DNA from: an archaeon | GTDB lineage: Archaea > Iainarchaeota > Iainarchaeia > Iainarchaeales > JANQMZ01 | Length of the DNA: 32,000 nucleotides | Reading direction: 5' to 3' | NCBI GenBank assembly: GCA_028279805.1 | Contig: JANQMZ010000007.1 | Span: 450,001-482,000 of the forward strand | Part shown: piece by piece, positions 7,306-14,732 of the stretch | How positions within the stretch are numbered: the first letter of the stretch is position 1 | Layout: each line of letters starts with the position of its first letter | Notes under the pieces: model-generated | Databases searched by the model: none | The model's input: the letters and a program-made list of their open reading frames with translations, nothing else | What the model was told of the DNA's origin: nothing | Translations under genes and position numbers: made by a program

Positions 7306-8130
7306 TCATCCACCTAATTCTTTTAACGCTTTTTTTAATTGCTCTTCATCCAAGGCTTTTCCGTGCCACTGCGGGTCGTTTTCCATAAAGGAAACGCCTT
7401 TGCCTTTTATTGTGTTGGCAATAATTGCAAAAGGTTTATCGGAATTTGAAGCCTGTTCAAATGCTTCAAAAATTTCTTCAAAATTATGGCCGTCAATTTC
7501 AATAACATTCCAGTTAAATGATTTGATTTTTTCATCCAAGGGATCAATTTCCAATGTTTCCGCAACGTAACCATCATTCTGGCATTTGTTTCTGTCAATG
7601 ATTGCAATTAAATTGTTTAATTTTTTAAAACCGGCAAACATAAAAGATTCCCAAATCATTCCTTCCTGCATTTCTCCGTCACCCAGCATTACAAAAGTTT
7701 TGAATGATTTGTTGTCAAGTTTTGCCGATAAAGCCATTCCGCTTCCGATAGCCAAACCCTGGCCCAGAGAACCGAAAGACATTTCAATTCCTGGCGTTGT
7801 CCTGTGAACATGCCCTGAAAATCTTGAATTGGTTTGCCTGAACGAATTGATTAATTCTTCTTCGGGAAACAATCCCCGTTTTGATAAAACAGCGTACAAG
7901 CCCGGAGAACAATGTCCTTTGCTTAACAAAAACCTGTCCCTGTTTTCATCTTTTAAATTATCAGAATCCAAATTTAAAGTGTTAAAATATAGGGCTGTTA
8001 ATAATTCGGTTGCACTCATTGAGCCTCCGGGGTGCCCTGAACCAGCTTTAGAAGTCATTTTAAGTATCAAAATGCGTATTTGCCTTGCCAATTCTTTTAA
8101 TTCTTCGGCATTTTCAGTTTTGTGTTTCAC
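7306..8130 (-). CDS. Transketolase, N-terminal (TPP-binding) subunit
   Basis: 274 aa with SGHPGGSMS, LSKGHCSPGLYA and GDGEMQEG TPP-binding motifs. The split two-gene form is common in archaea. Confidence 0.9.
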   Translation of the reverse strand: MKHKTENAEELKELARQIRILILKMTSKAGSGHPGGSMSATELLTALYFNTLNLDSDNLKDENRDRFLLSKGHCSPGLYAVLSKRGLFPEEELINSFRQTNSRFSGHVHRTTPGIEMSFGSLGQGLAIGSGMALSAKLDNKSFKTFVMLGDGEMQEGMIWESFMFAGFKKLNNLIAIIDRNKCQNDGYVAETLEIDPLDEKIKSFNWNVIEIDGHNFEEIFEAFEQASNSDKPFAIIANTIKGKGVSFMENDPQWHGKALDEEQLKKALKELGG

Positions 8131-8256
8131 AAGAATAACCCCTGAAAAAAGAAATATTGAAACGTTTTAAAAGCGTTATCAGGTTTGAATTAACACAAAT
8201 TGTTGGACAAATTTGTTTCCAAAAAGAAAATAAAATGTTGCACTTGTTCTGTGATA

Positions 8257-8883
8257 ATGGTCAGAAAAAAAATTATTCAGAAATACAAAGAATTGTATGA
8301 GGAAGGAAAGGACAGGGAAAATTCTTTGGGACAATATAGTGATTTTTTTTCAAACTTTTTTGAAAACATTTCCTTAAGAGAATTAATTGGGTGGATGGTT
8401 AAAGAAAAAAGCAAAATAAAAGTTTTGGACGTTGGTTGCGGCGATGCAGGATTTTTAAATGATTTGAAAAAACAGTTTGGTGAAAAAGTTTTTACAAGCG
8501 GAATTGATTTGATTGATTTTACAGGAACAGATGAAAAAATAATTGGAGATGCATTAAATGCAGAATGGCCTAAAGAATTTGACTTGATTGTTTCTTTCAG
8601 GACATTACATGAAATTGGCAATTCTGAAAAAATTTTAACAAAAGCACTTGACTCTTTGAAAAAAAACGGAATGGCTGTGTTAAGCTTCAGAATGCAGGAA
8701 TTTGTAAACGGGCAGCTTGATTTTCTGGGTGAAATGAAGCAAGGGGATGCAAGGTTTTTGCAGCAGATTGGCGAAAGAGCTTATTTTAAAAAAGCACAGA
8801 TTGAAAGCGTTGAATCGTTCAAAAAAGAAAAAGGCATAAAATTTTTGAACGGAGTAACACTCATAATGGAAAAAACAGGTTAA
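8257..8883 (+). CDS. Class I SAM-dependent methyltransferase
   Basis: Motif I is VLDVGCGDAGF. I prefer the first in-frame ATG (8257) over the track's TTG at 8200. The substrate is unknown. Confidence 0.7.
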   Translation: MVRKKIIQKYKELYEEGKDRENSLGQYSDFFSNFFENISLRELIGWMVKEKSKIKVLDVGCGDAGFLNDLKKQFGEKVFTSGIDLIDFTGTDEKIIGDALNAEWPKEFDLIVSFRTLHEIGNSEKILTKALDSLKKNGMAVLSFRMQEFVNGQLDFLGEMKQGDARFLQQIGERAYFKKAQIESVESFKKEKGIKFLNGVTLIMEKTG

Positions 8884-8901
8884 AAACTCAAAGTAAACCT
8901 T

Positions 8902-8950
8902 TATATATCAGTTTGGATTCCATAGTATAAACTGATATATATCAGTTTAT
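8902..8950. promoter_or_regulatory. Candidate operator/promoter: 24-bp perfect palindrome plus an upstream direct repeat of its half-site
   Basis: ATAAACTGATATATATCAGTTTAT (8927-8950) is a perfect inverted repeat. TATATATCAGTTT occurs at both 8902-8914 and 8936-8948. The element lies about 60 nt upstream of the 9007 start. Confidence 0.45.
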
Positions 8951-9006
8951 CAATCTTGTAATCAGAGGCTTAAAAGCTTCGAATACTGTCGCAGGGGCGA
9001 TTTTTG

Positions 9007-9417
9007 ATGAGTTTGATTTCCTTAACATTCGGAACAGAACAATATCCTGGTTTGAACGCAAAAGGCTCAAATACAAGCGTTACAAAGCCAAATGAAGTTA
9101 ATTTTAAGGGAAAAAAAGGGGTTTTTGAGGTTAAAAAAGTTGACAAATTTTTCGGAACAAAGGAAATTTGCCTGATGGGCAAACTTGTTGAAGGGGTTGT
9201 CGGGCCCGGAATGCAGGCAGAAATTGGTGACAAAAAAATAAAAATTGAAACAGTTGAATCAAAGTATGGTGAAAGGCCTGTTCACAGGGAAGGAACAAAT
9301 GCTTTGATAATGGTTGGCGGGGCAGAACATTCGGATTTTGAAGGAAACGAAACAATTGAATTCAAAAAAGAGTACGCTGTAAAAATCAGAAAAAAAGGAA
9401 AAGTGATAATTTGCTGA
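9007..9417 (+). CDS. Hypothetical protein; the C-terminal part resembles an EF-Tu domain-II-type beta-barrel
   Basis: The pattern CLMGKLVEGVVGPGMQAEIGDKKIKIETVE....V.REGTNALIMVGG resembles translation-factor domain II. This is a by-eye resemblance only. ATG 9007 is preferred over TTG 9004. Confidence 0.4.
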   Translation: MSLISLTFGTEQYPGLNAKGSNTSVTKPNEVNFKGKKGVFEVKKVDKFFGTKEICLMGKLVEGVVGPGMQAEIGDKKIKIETVESKYGERPVHREGTNALIMVGGAEHSDFEGNETIEFKKEYAVKIRKKGKVIIC

Positions 9418-9466
9418 CTTTGATTCTGTTTAAAAATATTCACATTCTTATTTTACTAATCGATAT

Positions 9467-9784
9467 TTGGTTGGTGAAAAAATAGCGGAAATAGACAAGC
9501 TTACTGGTTTGCCGAAAGAATTGCTTGATGCGACAGAAATTTCAAAACAACAGGAAAAAATTAAAATTCGTGTTGTAAAAAGACGTTTTGGAAAACTTGT
9601 TACAACGGTTTCAGGTTTTGAATCAAAAGACGAAGCAAAAAGGCTTGGAAAAGAACTGAAAAGGAAATTAGCCTGCGGCGGAACATCAAAAGGAACGGAA
9701 ATTGAACTGCAGGGAGAACACGGTGAAGCGGTTAAAGCAACTCTTTTGAAAAATGGTTATACTGAAGAACAAATTGATTTATAA
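9467..9784 (+). CDS. Translation initiation factor aIF1 (SUI1/eIF1 family)
   Basis: QQEKIKIRVVKRRFGKLVTTVSGF....LKRKLACGGT.KG..IELQGEH is the SUI1 core. The ORF contains no in-frame ATG, so it must use a non-AUG start (TTG at 9467, 9509 or 9521). Confidence 0.8.
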   Translation: MVGEKIAEIDKLTGLPKELLDATEISKQQEKIKIRVVKRRFGKLVTTVSGFESKDEAKRLGKELKRKLACGGTSKGTEIELQGEHGEAVKATLLKNGYTEEQIDL

Positions 9785-10393
9785 TTTTTTGATTTGCATT
9801 TGTTTTACAGCATCATTAATTATTTTTTCATAATTTAATTTTTTTTCTTCATTTAACATTTCTTCATGTGAAGATTTTGTTGCAGGATGTTTTGGCCCTA
9901 AAAAATCACAAGTTTCAGGCCCTGTGGAAATTTGTAACGTGTTAATTTGTTGAGCCAGATTAACCGTTTCCATTTTATCAAAAGATAATAAAGGGCGGAT
10001 GATTGGAATTTTTACTGCCCGGGTAATTGTTGTTAAGTTTGACAAAGTCTGGCTTGACACTTGCCCCAAATTTTCTCCTGAAATTAAAAAAGAAAAATTT
10101 TGTTTTTGTGCAATTTTTTCTGCAACTCTGAACATTAAACGTTTTGTTAAAACAAAATAATATTTGTGTTCACATTTTTTTACAATTTCTTTAAAGCCTT
10201 GACTTAAATCAACCAGAAATAATTGTTTCAGATTAAGCTTTTTTGCCAGTTTTAACGCTTTTTCTTCTGATTGGGGGCCTAAAAATTTTACCGCCGAAAA
10301 ATGCAGTGCTGCAACAGGTGTTTGTTCTGCAGCAATATGCCCGGCGACAGGACTGTCAATGCCTCCCGATAATAACAATAAGCCTTTTTCCAT
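9779..10393 (-). CDS. thiI: ThiI-like PP-loop ATP pyrophosphatase (tRNA 4-thiouridine/thiamine sulfurtransferase catalytic domain only)
   Basis: LLLSGGIDSPVA is the PP-loop, and ETCDFLGPKHPATKS resembles the ThiI catalytic-Cys region. At 204 aa there is no THUMP or rhodanese domain, and no room for one upstream. Confidence 0.7.
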   Translation of the reverse strand: MEKGLLLLSGGIDSPVAGHIAAEQTPVAALHFSAVKFLGPQSEEKALKLAKKLNLKQLFLVDLSQGFKEIVKKCEHKYYFVLTKRLMFRVAEKIAQKQNFSFLISGENLGQVSSQTLSNLTTITRAVKIPIIRPLLSFDKMETVNLAQQINTLQISTGPETCDFLGPKHPATKSSHEEMLNEEKKLNYEKIINDAVKQMQIKKL

Positions 10394-10398
10394 AATCT

Positions 10399-11475
10399 TT
10401 ATTTTTCCAGATGAATTGTCTGGGTCGGATAAGCAAATTCTAATTTTGATTTTTCAAATTCTTTTTTAATTTCAAAATTAATCTCACTTATAACATCAAA
10501 CTTGTTATCCAGATCTGTCACATAATAAATAAAAGTGATGTCCAAAGATGAATCGCCAAAACCTGAAAAGCGCGCATAAGAATCATTATCAACGCCTTTA
10601 TGTTTTTTTGCAATGCTTTTTAAAATCTGCAAAGCTTTTTCCATTTGCTTTGTGCTTGTGGAATAAACCAAGCCTAGTTTTGTTTTGACTCTTTTTTCCG
10701 GTTCGGATGAAATGTTTTTAATTATGGCATTTGCCAGTTTTGAATTTGGAACAACAATTAATCTTTTGTCAAAATCCTTAATGCGCGTATAACGCAGGCC
10801 AATTTCCTTAACTGTTCCCATTACGCCGGCTGCTTCAATTATATCCCCAACAACAAAAGGTCTTGAAGTGAATAAGCTTAAACCGCCGAATGCATCAGCA
10901 ATGGTTTCTTTTGCCGCAAAAGCAAATGCCAAACCTCCAATACCAAGTCCTGCTATAACCGCGGTTAAATCATAACCGAATGAAGAAAAAATTACAACCA
11001 ATGCCAGTACAATTACAATTGCTTTTGAAACTTTTGTTAAAATTGGAATTAACTGGTCATCAAGTTTTGAATCAGTTTTTTCTGTTAAAGGAACAACAAA
11101 AGCTTTGATTAGTTTGTCAATTCCCGCGACCAATGAAAGTGTTATGACAACAATTAAAATAACATTTAAAAGATTTAAAAAAATTGAATCAATTTCAGGT
11201 GAAAATGTTAAAAACTGGTAACCAAAAAATGCAAAAATTAAAATAACAAGAACAGGAATAGGCTTTTCAACAATTTCCAGTAAAATATCATCAATTTCAG
11301 ATTTTGTTTTGGCTGTTAATCTTTTGAGAATGTTATCAATAATAAAAACAGCAACTTTTCCCAGAATAAAACCAATCGCAATGAAAACCAAAAACACAAA
11401 ATATTGTTCCAAAGTGTTTCCAAAATACAACTGATTAAAACCGGGAAAATCAGGCAAATCAAACATGTTAAACAA
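10399..11475 (-). CDS. Small-conductance mechanosensitive channel (MscS family)
   Basis: N-terminal TM helices are followed by the MscS beta domain (LFTSRPFVVGDIIEAAGVMGTVKEIGLRYTRIKDFDKRLIVVPNSKL). Confidence 0.85.
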   Translation of the reverse strand: MFNMFDLPDFPGFNQLYFGNTLEQYFVFLVFIAIGFILGKVAVFIIDNILKRLTAKTKSEIDDILLEIVEKPIPVLVILIFAFFGYQFLTFSPEIDSIFLNLLNVILIVVITLSLVAGIDKLIKAFVVPLTEKTDSKLDDQLIPILTKVSKAIVIVLALVVIFSSFGYDLTAVIAGLGIGGLAFAFAAKETIADAFGGLSLFTSRPFVVGDIIEAAGVMGTVKEIGLRYTRIKDFDKRLIVVPNSKLANAIIKNISSEPEKRVKTKLGLVYSTSTKQMEKALQILKSIAKKHKGVDNDSYARFSGFGDSSLDITFIYYVTDLDNKFDVISEINFEIKKEFEKSKLEFAYPTQTIHLEK

Positions 11476-11571
11476 ACTGACTTAAAAAAGTTTAAAAATA
11501 GAGTTATAACGAAAAAAATAAAAATAATAAGAACTAAATAATATTAAAAAGTTAAAACACGGGGGTTTTAA

Positions 11572-12225
11572 ATGAGGCAAAAAAGGGTTTTAGCGTTATT
11601 GGCATTAATTTTAATAAGTACGATTTTTCCAACAGGAACTGCATTAAATTTTTGGGAAAATGATATTCCTGAGAATCCGGGTTTGCCGGTGCCAATGAGT
11701 GTTGAAAACCATTATCCAGATAATCTGATTCCAGAAAACCCAGGACTGCCTGAATTGCTTAACTCTGACGTTGATCTTGAACATTGTGATGCGCTGGAAA
11801 GAGGAAGAGACAAGTTAATATGTCTAATAAGAGAAGAGGCGTGGAAAGAATATCACGAAAAAGTGGAAGAATGCAGTAAAATAGAGGATGAAGACGAAAA
11901 ACAAAATTGTTTGGATGATGCCAGAACAGATCTTCTTTACGGTCTTGGCATGGCGGCTTGTTTTGAAAAGTCTGGTGATGAAGGTCAAAAATGCAGAGAC
12001 CGGGTAGAAAAAGAATATCAGGCTGAAAAAAACTATAACAACGCAAAAGCGGGGTGCAGGGCAAAATATGAAAAAGGTTCAGAGGAAAGAAAACAATGCC
12101 TGTTGAAAGCAAGAAATGATTATGTCTATGCAAAAGCAATTATTGAATGTGAAGACAAATATTCTGAAAATCGGGAAAAATTAGAAGAATGTAAGGATGC
12201 TGCACGGGACAGATGGCTAAGTTAA
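11572..12225 (+). CDS. Secreted protein with 2x (D/N)(D/L)IPENPGLP motif and five Cys-pair helical repeats
   Basis: Signal peptide MRQKRVLALLALILISTIFPTGTA. The SD-like GGGGGT lies upstream. ENDIPENPGLP and DNLIPENPGLPELLN are followed by 5 repeats of C-x10-13-C-x2-3-[AV]-[RKE]-x-[DE]-[YLW]. It has 10 Cys in total. Confidence 0.75.
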   Translation: MRQKRVLALLALILISTIFPTGTALNFWENDIPENPGLPVPMSVENHYPDNLIPENPGLPELLNSDVDLEHCDALERGRDKLICLIREEAWKEYHEKVEECSKIEDEDEKQNCLDDARTDLLYGLGMAACFEKSGDEGQKCRDRVEKEYQAEKNYNNAKAGCRAKYEKGSEERKQCLLKARNDYVYAKAIIECEDKYSENREKLEECKDAARDRWLS

Positions 12226-12263
12226 TAATTTTAAAATTATATTAAAAAAAGGAGGAATTGTTA

Positions 12264-12758
12264 ATGAAACGAAAAGGAGTTTTGGCAGCATTTTTAATGC
12301 TTATTTTCATAAGCTCATTTTTTATAACAGGAAACGCGTCCTTAACTGTCGGAAAAACAAAAAACATTGACTTTGAAGACAATTTGATTCCGGAGAATCC
12401 CCAGTTACCACAACTGCTTAACACATCAAACGGCTTGGTAATAGACATTGAGGATAATTTAATTCCCGAAAATCCAGGGCAACCACAAGTGTTGGATCAG
12501 AATTATACTCCGTCACAACAAAAAATTCTTAATGAATATCTTAGAAAAAAAGCAGCTTGTAAAAAAATAAAAGACGAGGACAAAAGAGAAAGATGCATTT
12601 ATGAAGCAAATATGTGGTTCGCTTACAAGATGGAAGTAGACAGCTGCAAGGTAAGATTCAAACACGATGCTGAAAAAAGACAGCAATGCATTGACAAAGC
12701 AAAAAGAGACTATGAAAGATGCCTGGAAAGTCATAAAGGCTGTCCCTGGGCAGGATAA
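12264..12758 (+). CDS. Secreted protein, paralog of 11572..12225 (2x ID-x-EDNLIPENPxxPQ-x-L motif and Cys-pair repeats)
   Basis: ATG 12264 is preferred because the SD GGAGGA (12251-12256) sits 7 nt upstream. Signal peptide MKRKGVLAAFLMLIFISSFFITGNA. It has two 19-aa motif copies and two Cys-pair repeats plus a C-terminal CLESHKGC. Confidence 0.75.
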   Translation: MKRKGVLAAFLMLIFISSFFITGNASLTVGKTKNIDFEDNLIPENPQLPQLLNTSNGLVIDIEDNLIPENPGQPQVLDQNYTPSQQKILNEYLRKKAACKKIKDEDKRERCIYEANMWFAYKMEVDSCKVRFKHDAEKRQQCIDKAKRDYERCLESHKGCPWAG

Positions 12759-12801
12759 CAAAAAAATTTAATGAAAAGCAGCCGGTTTAAAAAAAAACTG
12801 G

Positions 12802-12842
12802 TTTTGCTTTTTTCTATTTTTTTTTATTTTTCTTATTTTTTT
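12802..12842 (+). terminator. Oligo-T tract, probable archaeal transcription terminator
   Basis: TTTTGCTTTTTTCTATTTTTTTTTATTTTTCTTATTTTTTT lies downstream of the 12758 stop, preceded by an imperfect hairpin (GCAGCCGGTTT...AAACTGGTTTTGC). Confidence 0.5.
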
Positions 12843-12935
12843 CCCTGATTTTAAAGAAAAAAGGCGTTTTAGCAAGCTTTAAATTACTTTTGTTTGAAAA
12901 TTATTAGGTTATACTCTTTTAGAGTGGGGTCTGTC

Positions 12936-12950
12936 GTTTTTATAATATTT
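12936..12950 (+). promoter_or_regulatory. Candidate TATA box for the rpoH-rpoB-rpoA operon
   Basis: TTTTTATAATATTT lies about 85 nt upstream of the rpoH GTG. An SD-like GAGGG (13021-13025) sits 7 nt before the GTG. Confidence 0.35.
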
Positions 12951-13032
12951 TTCAAGAGCAATGGCTGTAAAAAAGCTGAAAAATGACGATACAGACGCCT
13001 GTGGCTAAAATGGTCAGAATGAGGGTTGTATT

Positions 13033-13263
13033 GTGGCATTAAAAGTTGAAGAGCATTTTTTGGTTCCAAAGCACACTATTTTACATCAAGAGGATGCTGA
13101 AAAAATTCTTCAACAACTCGGCTCCAAATTAATTCATTTGCCAAAAATCAAAAAAAATGACCCTGCGATTAAAAGTTTTAAAGCTAAAAAAGGAAGCGTT
13201 GTAAGAATTGAAAGAATAAGTAAAACTGCCGGCGAGTCAACTTATTACAGGAGAGTGGTTTAA
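13033..13263 (+). CDS. rpoH: DNA-directed RNA polymerase subunit H (Rpo5)
   Basis: HFLVPKHTIL..EDAEKIL..........LPKIKKNDPAIK....KKGSVVRIERISKTAGESTYYRRVV is the RpoH/Rpb5 C-domain pattern. It uses a GTG start and is adjacent to rpoB. Confidence 0.9.
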   Translation: MALKVEEHFLVPKHTILHQEDAEKILQQLGSKLIHLPKIKKNDPAIKSFKAKKGSVVRIERISKTAGESTYYRRVV

Positions 13264-14727
13264 ATGGAAAAATGGCCATTAATTAAATCATATTTTGACC
13301 AGGCATCATTTGTTGACCAGGAAATAGCATCATTTAACCAGTTTGTTGATGAAAAATTACCGGAAATTGTTAAAGAAAATGATACAGTTATTCCAAAAAT
13401 TGAAGAAGTTAAAATTGAATTATCTGACATTGAAGTTTTAAAACCAAGAATTGTTGAGGCTGACGGTTCGCCAAGAACAGATTTTTATCCAATGGAAGCA
13501 CGAATAAGAAACAGAACTTATTCCGGGCCAATTTTTATTACAATGAAAATGTTAAGGCGAAATGTTGAACAGGATGTAAGGAGAGCATACATTGGTGAGT
13601 TACCAATCATGCTGAAAAGTAATCGTTGTTGGCTAAACGGAAAAAATGCTGAAGAATTAATTGAAATGGGAGAAGACCCGATGGATTTTGGCGGTTATTT
13701 TGTTGTAAACGGTTCTGAAAAAGCTTTGATGACACAGGAAGTTTTGTCTTCAGACAGAGTTTTAATTTCAACTTCAGCCACAGAAGATGTTATTTCGGAA
13801 GTTATCAGTACAAAAGGAGCTTTTAAGGGCAGAGTCAGAGTTATCAGAAAAAAAGATGGTTCCTTTGATGTAAAGTTTCCAAGCTCTCCCAGAAAGCTGA
13901 GCCTGTTTACATTGTTAAAAGCTTTGGGTTTGGAATCACAAAAACAAATAATGGATGCTTTTCCGGATGACAAAATTGTGAAAAACGATTTGTTACTGAA
14001 CTGGGAAGAACTGGATGTAAAAAAACAGGAAGAAGCTTTGGACAAAATTGGCAAAAGTGTTGCACCCGGCCAGATAATTGATTATCGATTAAAAAGAGCA
14101 CAGGAAGTAATTGACGGGTTTTTGTTGCCGCATATTGGCCAGGATAAAGAGGATAGAATTGCAAAAGCACATTATTTGGTGATGATGGCAACCAAAAGCA
14201 TTGAACAGGCATACGATTTGAGAGATGAAGATGACAAAGACCATTATGCAAACAAAAGACTGGAATTGTCAGGAAAATTAATGGAACATTTGTTCAGATA
14301 TGCATTCAAATATTTTGCAAAAGACTTAAAGTTTCAGATTGACAGAACAATTACAAGAAGAAGAAAACTGAATATTAGTACAGTAGTAAGGCCTGATGCC
14401 ATTACTGAAAGGATAAGGTTTGCAATGGCAACAGGAAACTGGATTGGAAGGGCAACAGGCGTATCAAAATTTATGGACAGGGTTAATTATTTAAGTCCTT
14501 TAACTGACATCAGAAAAGTTAAAAGTCCTTTAAACAAAAACCGTGAACTGTATGAAGCAAGAGATGTTCACGGAACACATTGGGGCAGGTTAGGACCAAT
14601 TGAAACTCCTGACGGACCGCAATGTGGCTTGGTTAAAAATTTGTCATTATTGGCAAAAGTTACAACAGATGCAAGTGAAAAAAATGTTGAAAAAATTTTG
14701 GAAAAACAGGGAGTAAAACTGGAGTGA
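13264..14727 (+). CDS. rpoB2: DNA-directed RNA polymerase subunit B'' (N-terminal part of split Rpo2)
   Basis: 487 aa with Rpb2 N-terminal protrusion/lobe/fork motifs (GYFVVNGSEKAL, RDVHGTHWGRLGPIETPDGPQCGLVKNL). The ATG abuts the rpoH stop. Confidence 0.95.
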   Translation: MEKWPLIKSYFDQASFVDQEIASFNQFVDEKLPEIVKENDTVIPKIEEVKIELSDIEVLKPRIVEADGSPRTDFYPMEARIRNRTYSGPIFITMKMLRRNVEQDVRRAYIGELPIMLKSNRCWLNGKNAEELIEMGEDPMDFGGYFVVNGSEKALMTQEVLSSDRVLISTSATEDVISEVISTKGAFKGRVRVIRKKDGSFDVKFPSSPRKLSLFTLLKALGLESQKQIMDAFPDDKIVKNDLLLNWEELDVKKQEEALDKIGKSVAPGQIIDYRLKRAQEVIDGFLLPHIGQDKEDRIAKAHYLVMMATKSIEQAYDLRDEDDKDHYANKRLELSGKLMEHLFRYAFKYFAKDLKFQIDRTITRRRKLNISTVVRPDAITERIRFAMATGNWIGRATGVSKFMDRVNYLSPLTDIRKVKSPLNKNRELYEARDVHGTHWGRLGPIETPDGPQCGLVKNLSLLAKVTTDASEKNVEKILEKQGVKLE

Positions 14728-14732
14728 GTTAA

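Noticed and set aside
8131-8256. Short palindromes (ACAAATTTGT, AACGTTTTAAAAGCGTT) in the transketolase/methyltransferase divergent spacer
   Set aside because: They are 10 bp or imperfect and made almost entirely of A/T. Such matches are expected by chance in DNA of this composition.
8277-8621. 114-aa ORF antisense to the methyltransferase gene
   Set aside because: The sense strand carries a clear SAM-binding motif. The antisense product has no recognisable features.
11759-12139. 126-aa ORF antisense to the first secreted repeat protein (also 12242..12448 and 12513..12761)
   Set aside because: The sense strands have signal peptides, SD sequences and internally repeated motifs conserved between paralogs. 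The antisense ORFs are by-products of the E/K-rich coding sequence.
12802-12842. T-rich reiterated tract considered as a tandem repeat or CRISPR-like array
   Set aside because: It has no regular repeat-spacer periodicity and is simply oligo-T runs, consistent with archaeal termination signals.
12759-13032. 274-bp gap before rpoH examined for a tRNA, small RNA or small ORF (for example a 15-aa MAVKKLKNDDTDACG)
   Set aside because: I could fold no cloverleaf and saw no GC-rich stems. The mini-ORF has no SD and is too short to support. The gap is better explained as a terminator T-tract plus the rpoH promoter and leader.
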